Assembly: GCA_965661885.1 (NCBI GenBank)
Contig: CBFIFN010000002.1
Coordinates: 1-50,920, forward strand
Length of the DNA stretch: 50,920 bases
Source of the DNA: an uncultured Burkholderiales bacterium
GTDB taxonomy: Bacteria; Pseudomonadota; Gammaproteobacteria; Burkholderiales; Eutrophovitaceae
Direction: 5' to 3'
Positions 9,486 to 19,300 of this stretch are shown here, one piece after another. Made by a program: the position numbers and the translations under genes. The notes below the pieces were generated by a model. The model worked only from the letters and a program-made list of their open reading frames with translations, ran no database searches and was not told where the DNA came from. The number at the start of each line of letters is the position of its first letter. Position 1 is the stretch's first letter.

Positions 9486-10685
9486 ATGGTCTGGAATTCA
9501 CTCATTTTGGCGTTAAACGCCATAAGTAAAAACCTACTTCGAAGCTTCCTGACTGTTTTAGGAATTATCATCGGCGTTGCCGCTGTGATTACTATGGTGA
9601 CTATCGGCCGCGGCGCGACAAAATCGGTTAGTGATCAAATTTCTGATATGGGAACCAACCAATTAATAGTCCGACCCGGCCAACGGAGAGGTTCGGGCTC
9701 AAATGTCGCAAAATTTAAACAAAAAGAAGTCGATTTAATAAAGACGCAAGTCCCCGGCCTAGCTGGGGTAGCACCCTATTCGACGAGTTCTGCAACAGTA
9801 ATTTTTCAAGCAAGAAACTATGCCACTTTAATCACCGGAACGACAAACGACTTTTTTAACGTCGGCAACTGGGAATTACAAGCGGGAAGGGAATTTCGCG
9901 ACAGTGAACTGAAATCAGGAAAGGCATCTTGCATCTTGGGTAGCACTGTAAGGAGCAATCTATTTGGCGAGAAAGACCCCTTAGGCGAAAGAATTCGAAT
10001 CAAACAATTCACATGCGAAGTTATAGGAGTTTTAACTTCAAAAGGACAATCAACCTGGGGAACTGATCAAGACGATAAAGTCGTCATGCCCCTGAAAACT
10101 CTACACAGACGCCTATTGGGAAATGTTGACATTGAACGACTTGCAGTTGAAGTTGAGGACAGCGCGAACATCACCAACGCGCAAAACCAAATAACAGAGC
10201 TATTAAGGGCTGCTCGGCGATTACCGGATAACGTAGAAAATGATTTCAGAGTTCTAGACATGCGCCAAGTCATTAAAACCTTAACGGGCACGACACGAGT
10301 ATTGACCATGCTTTTAAGTGCGGTTGCCGCAGTGAGCTTACTTGTGGGGGGTATAGGTATCATGAACATAATGTTAGTGTCTGTAACAGAACGTACTAAG
10401 GAAATTGGCATTCGATTAGCAGTTGGAGCTTTGGAAAAGCACGTATTGTTACAGTTTCTAATTGAATCCGTAGTGCTCTCTAGTATTGGGGGGGTTCTCG
10501 GATTAATTCTTGCCACCGCTTTGTCGATTTTAGGTTCAAGCTTGATGGGTGTTCCATTTATTTTCGACCTGAAAATAAATGTCATTGCATTTTTGTTCGC
10601 AGCTTCGATTGGGATTTTATTTGGATTCGTACCCGCAAAGCGTGCAGCAAAGCTAAATCCGATTGACGCTCTTCGCCATGAATAA
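9486..10685 (+). CDS. ABC transporter permease, MacB periplasmic core domain plus FtsX domain
   Basis: 399 aa. N-terminal TM segment, then a roughly 230-aa extracytoplasmic domain, then a C-terminal 3-TM FtsX-type bundle (ERTKEIGIRLAVGA). Confidence 0.9.
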   Translation: MVWNSLILALNAISKNLLRSFLTVLGIIIGVAAVITMVTIGRGATKSVSDQISDMGTNQLIVRPGQRRGSGSNVAKFKQKEVDLIKTQVPGLAGVAPYSTSSATVIFQARNYATLITGTTNDFFNVGNWELQAGREFRDSELKSGKASCILGSTVRSNLFGEKDPLGERIRIKQFTCEVIGVLTSKGQSTWGTDQDDKVVMPLKTLHRRLLGNVDIERLAVEVEDSANITNAQNQITELLRAARRLPDNVENDFRVLDMRQVIKTLTGTTRVLTMLLSAVAAVSLLVGGIGIMNIMLVSVTERTKEIGIRLAVGALEKHVLLQFLIESVVLSSIGGVLGLILATALSILGSSLMGVPFIFDLKINVIAFLFAASIGILFGFVPAKRAAKLNPIDALRHE

Positions 10686-10732
10686 TCGTATAGTTATAGT
10701 GGATATAAAAACTAAATCTCAGGGACATCGTC

Positions 10733-12235
10733 ATGTTAACAGTTGGAGTCGTTGGTGCAGGAACTATGGGGAGCGGTATAGCGCAGGTCGCAATTGCCGC
10801 AGGTGAGAACGTAAAACTCTTCGACCCTTTTTCAGAGACTATTGAACGCGGTCGAGGCATGATCGATAAAAATCTAAATTTTTTAGTCAAAAAAGGTAAG
10901 TTGACAGCGGAGGAGTCAACACAGATTCTTGCTCGGTTAGAGGTGGTAGATTCAATCGAGGACTTAGTGGGTTGTGATTTAGTGATCGAAGCCATTATCG
11001 AAAATGAATCGATAAAAAAGGAGCTATTTCGCAACCTAGAAACCATTATCTCGTCGGAGGCCATTCTAGCGACAAACACCTCTTCGATTTCCATAACAGC
11101 GCTGTCCAACGAGCTAAATCACCCTGAGAGATTAGTGGGTATGCATTTTTTTAACCCGGCACCCCGGATGAAGCTTGTTGAGGTTATTCGAGGGCTTAGA
11201 ACATCCGAAAAATCAATTGACGATATCGTCGAATTATCGAAACGTTGGGGCAAGGCGCCTGTGACAGCTAATTCAACGCCAGGTTTTATTGTCAACCGAG
11301 TGGCACGGCCATTCTACGGGGAAGCGCTAAGAGTCCTAATGGAAAAAGGAATTGATCATTCAAACTTGGACCGCGTAGTAAGGGAATGCGGCGGATTTCC
11401 GCTTGGTCCTTGTCAACTGATGGATTTAATCGGATTAGATGTCAATTTATCTGTCACGCAAACAGTATATGAAGCCACCGCGTATGACCCTCGATACGCA
11501 CCATCACTGCTTCAGCAAGAATTAGTGAGGGCTGGAAAGCTAGGACGAAAAACAGGCGAAGGGTTCTACACCTATCCTGTTGAAACTACGAAAGATCAGA
11601 TCTGCAACAAGAACGGGCACCAAGCGACAAGTAATAACAGCCCTGTGGGTATCGTTCTCAATCGACTCACTGAATCGCTAAGGAGCCGTTTATTCGACTC
11701 CGGGTTTCAGGTCATTGAATCCACTTCATCTACGGACATACCCACTATTGCAATGAGCGATGGTCGAACTGCAACGCAACGGTCTCACGATGAGTCCATT
11801 AAAAACCTCATCCTTATAGACTTATGCGTCGACTTTGAAACAACTAAAAGGCTTGCTTTAACTCATTCAGCGCAATGCACGCAGGAGGCTCTTGGGCACA
11901 TACTTAGCGTATTACGAAAAACAGGTTTCCTTGTGACAGTCATGCGAGACATAGCGGGGATGATCCTAACTCGAACGGTTGCCATGCTCGCTAACGAAGC
12001 AGCAGACCTGGTCCATCAAGAAGTCACTTCTCCAAAAGACGTCGACATGGCTATGACACTAGGAACCGGTTACCCTTTAGGGCCACTTTTATGGGCCGAT
12101 AAGATAGGTCTAAAGACCATTTCCGAAATCCTTACTAACTTATGCGCTCACTATGGATCTGCACGATACCGGATCTCACCAATACTTCAGAAAAAATCGA
12201 CGTCCAATGAACTTTTCCACGGTAAAGATAAATGA
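10733..12235 (+). CDS. 3-hydroxyacyl-CoA dehydrogenase, long PaaH-like form
   Basis: 500 aa. Rossmann motif VGVVGAGTMGSGIA, a 3HCDH N- and C-domain pattern, and a duplicated C-terminal domain. Confidence 0.85.
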   Translation: MLTVGVVGAGTMGSGIAQVAIAAGENVKLFDPFSETIERGRGMIDKNLNFLVKKGKLTAEESTQILARLEVVDSIEDLVGCDLVIEAIIENESIKKELFRNLETIISSEAILATNTSSISITALSNELNHPERLVGMHFFNPAPRMKLVEVIRGLRTSEKSIDDIVELSKRWGKAPVTANSTPGFIVNRVARPFYGEALRVLMEKGIDHSNLDRVVRECGGFPLGPCQLMDLIGLDVNLSVTQTVYEATAYDPRYAPSLLQQELVRAGKLGRKTGEGFYTYPVETTKDQICNKNGHQATSNNSPVGIVLNRLTESLRSRLFDSGFQVIESTSSTDIPTIAMSDGRTATQRSHDESIKNLILIDLCVDFETTKRLALTHSAQCTQEALGHILSVLRKTGFLVTVMRDIAGMILTRTVAMLANEAADLVHQEVTSPKDVDMAMTLGTGYPLGPLLWADKIGLKTISEILTNLCAHYGSARYRISPILQKKSTSNELFHGKDK

Positions 12236-14316
12236 TAAGAAGACAATACTTTCTTGGACTAGCATTAGCTTTTTTCTCCATTGGGTCGACCAATGCTGCA
12301 GTCACTCACCTTGAGATTAATAAAACTATTTCAATAGGACAAGGAAAAGACTTTGGTGACGCGGGCTCATATGAAAAAATTTCTGGGGTTGCATACTTTG
12401 AGATCTCGCCAAGCCACAAACGTAACAAGACAATCGCTGACATTACGAGGACGACCGTTAACGAAGCTGGAAATGTGACGTTTAGTGCCGACTTCGAAAT
12501 TCTTCGCCCAGTGGATCCTCAAAAAGCAAGTGGCACTTTGTTTCTTGAGGCGCCTTCGCAAGGAGAGAAACTGAGCCTCGGGCTAATGCACGATGTTGTA
12601 CAAAACGTTGATTTAAATTCAATACATGAAACTACCGACTTAGGTAACGCATTTCTCATGGAACGGGGCCACACAATCGCGTGGGTAGCTTGGCAAGGAA
12701 ACGTCGAAAAAATAAACAATCGAATGACTGCTGAGTTTCCAATAGTTTTAGACGCAGGTCAGCCAATGAATGGTTTTGTTATTACCGAATTTAACGGGCG
12801 CAGTTTCAGGGAGAAAAACCCTTTCACCCTTCCGCTCTCAGGTAGGGAATTTATTAAGCCCTTCCCGGCGAAATCCACAAACAAACAAACCGCAAATGCA
12901 TCACTGTTCGTTATGGAAAGCGGCTCACTAGGAGCGAGTAGCACTGAGGTAGGAAAGGGCGAAGAGGTCCCCGCCGACCAATGGAAATTCGCGCACTGTC
13001 CAGATGGTTGGCCTGGCCAACCCTCTACTGAATATATATGTGTAAGAAATAGTTTCCTCAAAAATAGAAACTATCACTTAATCTATGAAGCGGTAGAGTC
13101 GCCGGTCATGGGATTAGGCCTCGCAACGACGCGAGATTTTATTTCATATTTAAAATATGGAAGCAGAGACTCATCCAAAAATCAGCACCCCACAGCTAAG
13201 CTCGAGCAAGCCATATGCCAAGGAATTGGACACGGAGCAAGATACCTCAGAGACTTTCTGTATCAGGGTTTCAATGTCGATGAAAATAATAAGAAAGTTT
13301 GTGACGGCATGAGCATTCACGGCGCTGGGGTCGAAAAAACGTACCTTAACTACAGATTTTCCCAGCCATATAGAATATCGACCCAGCATTCTGAACGATT
13401 CATTCCAGACGTTAATTTTCCAAGACAATATTCTGTCAGAGTCAACCCATTTTTAAAGTTTCCAGACGGTATATTAAAACGGCCTGCCTTCGACCCTTAC
13501 ATTTTTCACTCAGATACCTCTACAGAGTATTGGCAATCACGAGCCTCACTTGTAGGCGCAAGTGAGGGAGCCACCATGGATTTCACAGAGTCTTCCAAGG
13601 TGAGAAGGTTTCTTATTTCGAGTACTGAGAGTTATAACCGTTCCGGTAGTTTTGGGCACAATGGGTTTGCAGATCGTCAATGCTTTTTCCCGTCGAACAC
13701 TATTCACATTGGACCTATCATGCGAGCGCTCATTGTGAATCTAGAGCAATGGATAACGAGGAAAGGTGAGCCCCTAGATTCGATGTACCCGAGAATTTCT
13801 GACGGCACTCTAGTAGAAGCTGAGTCCATGTTTCTTCCAAGTGTGGTCAAGCAAAATTTTCGAGGCGCGCTAAATGGGTCCGGTGATATGGAATTTGGTC
13901 CGCGAGTGAAATTTAATCGTGGTATGGTCGACTCACTCATACCGCAAGTCATTGCTAAGCATAAAGTTTTAGTCCCTGCCGTTGACGAATTTGGTCATGA
14001 TATTGCGGGTATCAGGCATCCAAATATCGAGGTTCCAATGGGTACATACCTAGGTTGGAACATCAGAACAACAGAATTCGGTGGAGGTGATCTGTGCGAT
14101 GAATACGGCTCTTTCCTCCCCCTCTCAATGAGTGAAGAAGACGCCATCGCGATCGACGACAGCAGGCCGGCCCTACTGGCTATATATCCAGACTATACGG
14201 CTTATGTCATAAGATTACGTAGCGCGATTGAAAATCTGGTCTTGCAGCGCCTATTACTAAAAGAGGACGCGGACATTCTGTTAGACAAAGTCGAGCAAAG
14301 TATTAACATGCACTAA
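12232..14316 (+). CDS. Secreted protein of unknown function (uncharacterised large alpha/beta-hydrolase-like family, tentative)
   Basis: 694 aa. Signal peptide ...FFSIGSTNA|AVTH. The start overlaps the upstream stop (ATGA at 12232-12235). Long uninterrupted ORF. The family assignment is from memory of similar uncharacterised proteins only. Confidence 0.75.
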   Translation: MIRRQYFLGLALAFFSIGSTNAAVTHLEINKTISIGQGKDFGDAGSYEKISGVAYFEISPSHKRNKTIADITRTTVNEAGNVTFSADFEILRPVDPQKASGTLFLEAPSQGEKLSLGLMHDVVQNVDLNSIHETTDLGNAFLMERGHTIAWVAWQGNVEKINNRMTAEFPIVLDAGQPMNGFVITEFNGRSFREKNPFTLPLSGREFIKPFPAKSTNKQTANASLFVMESGSLGASSTEVGKGEEVPADQWKFAHCPDGWPGQPSTEYICVRNSFLKNRNYHLIYEAVESPVMGLGLATTRDFISYLKYGSRDSSKNQHPTAKLEQAICQGIGHGARYLRDFLYQGFNVDENNKKVCDGMSIHGAGVEKTYLNYRFSQPYRISTQHSERFIPDVNFPRQYSVRVNPFLKFPDGILKRPAFDPYIFHSDTSTEYWQSRASLVGASEGATMDFTESSKVRRFLISSTESYNRSGSFGHNGFADRQCFFPSNTIHIGPIMRALIVNLEQWITRKGEPLDSMYPRISDGTLVEAESMFLPSVVKQNFRGALNGSGDMEFGPRVKFNRGMVDSLIPQVIAKHKVLVPAVDEFGHDIAGIRHPNIEVPMGTYLGWNIRTTEFGGGDLCDEYGSFLPLSMSEEDAIAIDDSRPALLAIYPDYTAYVIRLRSAIENLVLQRLLLKEDADILLDKVEQSINMH

Positions 14317-14345
14317 TCATAAAAGTTACTGAGAAACAATTAGAA

Positions 14346-14984
14346 ATGATAAATATTCTTGTGTATGGAGACTCATTAGCTTGGGGGATTATCCCAGGAA
14401 CTCGTAAGCGCCTCGAATTTAAGAATCGCTGGCCTGGATTCATGGAAAACGAACTTCAAAGTAATAATAAGAAAATACGAGTCATAGAGAACTGTCTCAA
14501 CGGCAGACGTGCAGCTTGCGATGACCCTTTTCTCGAGGGCCGTAAAGGTATAGATGGAATTCAGCAAATTATAGAGATGCACTCGCCGCTGGATCTTATT
14601 ATGCTTGCACTTGGAACGAACGATTTCCAATCAATGCACAATTTCAATGCTTGGCATTCTGCCCAAGGACTTCGATCAATGGTTCATAAGGTGATAAGTA
14701 GTCCTGTCGAGCCTGGTATAAAAATCCCGCCCATCCTTATAGTAGCGCCACCAATGATTGACACGCCGACGGGGCCCATTGCACCCAAATTCAAAGGGGG
14801 TGCGTCTAAAATGTCAGGATTATCAGAGGAATACAAGCGAGTTTCTGAGGACCTTAACTGCCACTATTTTGATTGTGGACTTGTCACTAAATCCAGCGAA
14901 GTGGATGGTGTCCATTTGGACAAGTATCAACATCACCTAGTAGGTGAAGCGCTAGCAGAGGCCGTTAGCAAGATAATCGACTAG
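14346..14984 (+). CDS. SGNH/GDSL hydrolase, MsAcT-like arylesterase/acyltransferase
   Basis: 212 aa. Block I VYGDSLAWG (Ser nucleophile), block III LGTNDF, block V DGVHLD (Asp-His). No signal peptide. Overall it is collinear with the Mycobacterium smegmatis acyltransferase type as I remember it. Confidence 0.85.
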   Translation: MINILVYGDSLAWGIIPGTRKRLEFKNRWPGFMENELQSNNKKIRVIENCLNGRRAACDDPFLEGRKGIDGIQQIIEMHSPLDLIMLALGTNDFQSMHNFNAWHSAQGLRSMVHKVISSPVEPGIKIPPILIVAPPMIDTPTGPIAPKFKGGASKMSGLSEEYKRVSEDLNCHYFDCGLVTKSSEVDGVHLDKYQHHLVGEALAEAVSKIID

Positions 14985-14993
14985 TTCTTTTAA

Positions 14994-15473
14994 TTAAATG
15001 TTAGTAGAAGTCAGTAATACCGTTACAGTCGCAATAATGCACTCCTCGCGACCAACGGCACCCAATTGCTCAGATGTCTTAGCCTTCACGTTGACACAAT
15101 CAACACCGACCTCAAGTAGATCGGCTAAAGTCTGGCGCATTGTTGAAATATAAGGCGACAACTTAGGACGCTCAGCTATGATCGTGGAATCCATATTGAC
15201 TAATTTGTATTTTTTCTCCCCGACCATTTTGCATACTTCTTTAAGCATCATTTTACTGTCAGCATCAAGCCATTTTGGATCCGTATCGGGGAAATGCTGA
15301 CCAATATCACCCATTCCACAAGCGCCTAAAAGAGCATCTATTAATGCGTGGATCAAGACATCCGCATCAGAGTGTCCCAAAAGACCCTTCTCGTGAGGAA
15401 TAAGAACACCCGCAAGAATAAGAGGCCTATCCGGGACAAGCGCGTGAAGATCAAACCCCTCTCCGACTCTCAT
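14994..15473 (-). CDS. ispF: 2-C-methyl-D-erythritol 2,4-cyclodiphosphate synthase
   Basis: 159 aa. Motifs GEGFDLH and GHSDADVLIHALIDALLGA. Confidence 0.95.
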   Translation of the reverse strand: MRVGEGFDLHALVPDRPLILAGVLIPHEKGLLGHSDADVLIHALIDALLGACGMGDIGQHFPDTDPKWLDADSKMMLKEVCKMVGEKKYKLVNMDSTIIAERPKLSPYISTMRQTLADLLEVGVDCVNVKAKTSEQLGAVGREECIIATVTVLLTSTNI

Positions 15474-16201
15474 TTCTTTGCTGCCTTTCTCGAGTTACGC
15501 TCTTGAAAAACCATCTTCGCTCGAACTAAGTCGTGAGCGAAAGTAACTTTAAAATTTTCTAACTCTGACTCAACTAACAACGGCTTAATGCCCAACGTCT
15601 CAATAGCTGAGGATTCATCTGTAATTTGCATACTACCCCGTGACGAACTAAGCGCCTCCTCTAGATCTTTTTTCCGAAAAATTTGCGGCGTCTGAGCGGA
15701 CCATAATTCTTTGCGATCCAGAGTTGAATTCACTCGATTTTTAGCATCAGATCGTTTAACGGTATCTGTTAAACGACAGGCAAGAAGCCCCCCTTCTGCG
15801 TTGTTTTTCACTGCCTTAATCAACCGGTCAATTAAGTCTACAGAAATCATAGGTCGAACGGCATCATGGACTAATATCCAATCGTTAGGTTTCGCATCTA
15901 AACCGAGCAAGCGAATGCCATTTAGGACAGTTTCAGCTCTGGTTTCACCCCCCGATGGAATAATTCTTAATTTCCCGTTCAGATTGTTTTTTTTCAACCT
16001 GTGAATTTGAGGGTCCTCAGGCGAGAGTACAACCAAAACGCCTCGTATGTTCTTATGGTTAACAAATGGTTCGATTGCCCATTCAAGAATTGATTTACCG
16101 TTAAGGTCAACATGCTGCTTCACAACGTTTTTCCCTGAGGAATAACGCTCACCCTTTCCTGCTGCAGGTATCACTGCGTAATAAGATGGGCAAGATTTCA
16201 T
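15470..16201 (-). CDS. ispD: 2-C-methyl-D-erythritol 4-phosphate cytidylyltransferase
   Basis: Motif AVIPAAGKGERY. 4-nt overlap with ispF. I prefer the ATG at 16201 over the TTG at 16210 used in the track. Confidence 0.9.
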   Translation of the reverse strand: MKSCPSYYAVIPAAGKGERYSSGKNVVKQHVDLNGKSILEWAIEPFVNHKNIRGVLVVLSPEDPQIHRLKKNNLNGKLRIIPSGGETRAETVLNGIRLLGLDAKPNDWILVHDAVRPMISVDLIDRLIKAVKNNAEGGLLACRLTDTVKRSDAKNRVNSTLDRKELWSAQTPQIFRKKDLEEALSSSRGSMQITDESSAIETLGIKPLLVESELENFKVTFAHDLVRAKMVFQERNSRKAAKK

Positions 16202-16307
16202 TTGCACCAAACGATATTGTGTTTAACTTTAATCATTTATTTACTTTCTTCCAGCTATTCAGGACACTCCACCATTGATGTGCATTATAATCGATGCTTT
16301 TTGATGC

Positions 16308-19300
16308 ATGGACATTTCCCTGAAACTTCCCAAAAACGGGCAGAGACATTCACAAACGATTAACTCTCGTAGCGGCCTCAGCTTGTTGGTTGCTAATACC
16401 TTCGAGTCAAGAAAAAGCCCTCTCGCGATCATCTGCCAAAAAGCATCGGAGGCTAACCGGCTAGTCGAGGAAATTAAATTTTTCAATAAAGACTTGCGTG
16501 TTCATCTATTCCCTGACTGGGAAACATTGCCATATGACACGTTTTCTCCTCATCAGGATTTAATATCACAAAGACTGGAGACACTTTATCAAGTTGACAA
16601 CAAAAATATCGACATTCTGATTGTGCCGGTCGTCACGACGCTTTGTTACCTACCACCCAGAGATTTTCTTAATAGTTACGTATTTTTCCTTAAAACAAAA
16701 GAAAAGTTAGACTTAAATACATTTAGGGAAAAACTCCTCAGAGCAAGTTACTCGCCCGTATCGCAAGTGGTGGCGCCGGGGGAGTACGCGATAAAGGGCG
16801 GGATTATTGATATTTTTCCAATGGGAAGCGTTCTACCCTATCGAATTGACCTTTTTGATACCGAGATCGACAGCATTAGAACCTTCGACGTAGACACGCA
16901 ACGAAGTATTTACAAAGTAAACGAGATACGACTACTGCCCGCGAAAGAATTTCCAACTGATGAGACCGCGCGAACGAGATTTAGAAGTCAGTATCGGGAA
17001 ATTATCGAAGGGGACCCATCCAAAAGCCTCATTTACCGGGAAGTCTCAAAAGGCTCGAATCCGCCTGGTATCGAATATTATCTACCTCTTTTTTTTGAGA
17101 GTGTGTCTCCTCTACTCAGTTATTTAGATGAGGACTGGACTCTAATTCTAGAGGGTGATCTAAGCTCAGGTATTCGTGAATTTTGGAATGATTCGACCTC
17201 TCGATACAAGTTGTTGAGAGGCGATGCCGAAAGACCTCTCCTTGACCCATCGAAGTTATTTTTAAGCGAAGAAAAATTCTTTGATGAAATAAGTAATTTA
17301 AGCCGGATTTCAATAAAAACGACCGAAGAACCAGATGCCTATTTTTCGGTACTACCTGACCTATCGATTAATCGTCGTCTGCAAGATCCTCTTATTAATT
17401 TGAGAACATTTTTATTTGAGCACACCGGTAACGCCATATTGATTGCAGATAGTCCCGGCAGGAGGGAAACAATTAAAAGTCTATGTCACGATCACTCGAT
17501 CGCCACCATCGACATTGATAGCTGGAGTGAAATTCCAAATACAGCGGGAAAATTGGCTATAGCCACTGGCTTGATAGATCATGGGTTTATCTTACTTGAT
17601 GGTTCGCTAGCCGTCATTACCGAGTCAGAGCTGTATCCACAACAAACAAGGACGCGAAATAAGAGAGAACAAAAAGTATCGACGGAAAACCTAGTACGAG
17701 ATCTCTCTGAAATCCGTAAAGGTGACCCAATTGTGCATATTCAGCATGGAATTGGTCGTTACAAGGAGCTTGTTATTCTTGATTTAGGTGAAGGAAGTAC
17801 CGAATTCCTTGCTATCGAGTATGCTGACCAAGATATCCTCTATGTACCAGTCTCCCAATTAGAAATCATAAGTCGTTATTCTGGCGGACCACCTGAAACG
17901 GCTCCAGTACATCGTTTAGGTAGCGAAAAATGGGATAAGGCCAAAAAGAAAGCCGCAAAAAAAATTAGAGACACCGCGGCAGAGTTATTAAATATATACG
18001 CGCAACGTGCTTCAAAAAAGGGATTATCTCGCCGACTAGACGAAAATGGGTACGCTGCATTTTGTGAAGACTTTCCGTTCACAGTCACTAGAGATCAGAA
18101 TCGCGCCATTGAAGAAACACTTTTAGATCTCAAATCTGATAAACCAATGGATCGCCTTATCTGTGGGGATGTGGGGTTTGGAAAAACAGAGGTAGCGCTT
18201 CGAGCTGCTTATGTAGCGGTAGCTGATAGCGCCCAGGTGGCCGTCTTGGTTCCGACCACACTACTTGCGGAACAACATTTTCAAACGTTCACAGATCGAT
18301 TTTCTAATCTTCCAGTTGAGGTAAGAGAACTATCTAGATTCAGAACAAAAAAAGAGGTTACAGAAACTATTGAGGGACTCAAGACTGGAAAAATTGATAT
18401 AGTCATCGGGACCCACAAGTTGCTATCAAAAGAACTTAAATTTAGTGACCTTGGATTGATTATCGTTGATGAGGAACACAGATTTGGAGTCAGACATAAA
18501 GAGGCATTAAAAGCCTTGAGAGCCGAAACTGACATCTTGACCTTAACTGCAACGCCTATTCCAAGGACTCTTGCCATGAGTATGGAGGGCTTGCGTGACT
18601 TTTCAGTCATCACAACTCCACCCGAGAAAAGATTATCAATCAAAACGTTTGTGATGTCTTTCAGTCGAGGAATTATAAGGGAAGCCGTCCTGAGAGAGTT
18701 GAAACGCGGCGGTCAGATATATTATTTACATAACGAAGTAAGCACGATTGAAAGGGAACGTGAAAAGCTAAACGAATTACTTCCGGAGGCATCTATAAGA
18801 GTTGCACACGGACAAATGCACGAACGTGAACTCGAATTCGTTATGCGCGATTTCTACCAAGGTCGCTTTAATATTCTACTGTGTACGACAATTATTGAGA
18901 CGGGTATCGACATTCCAACGGCGAATACCATAATCATTAATCGCGCAGAAAAATTTGGTCTCGCTCAGCTCCATCAGCTTCGGGGAAGAGTCGGGAGATC
19001 ACACCACCAAGCGTACGCGTACCTCATGACGACAGATGGCGTAAAACTAAAAGGTCCAGCCTCTAAAAGACTTGAAGCGATTCAGCTCATGGAAGATCTA
19101 GGTTCCGGTTTCTTTCTTGCTATGCATGACCTTGAAATACGCGGCGCAGGCGAGGTTCTCGGCGACTCTCAAAGTGGTGACTTACAAGAAATAGGTTTTC
19201 AACTATACGTCGAAATGTTAGATCGAGCTGTCCAATCGCTGAAGGCAGGTGAAGAACCGAATATAGACATCCAGATACCACAAGGTACAGAGATACTCTT

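Noticed and set aside
10067-11109. Two minus-strand ORFs of 172 and 175 aa
   Set aside because: They are antisense to the ABC permease and the 3-hydroxyacyl-CoA dehydrogenase. They have no motifs or SD and show typical shadow-ORF composition.
17052-17062. tRNA T-arm-like string GGCTCGAATCC
   Set aside because: It lies inside the mfd coding frame, with no acceptor or anticodon stem context. It is a coincidental match.
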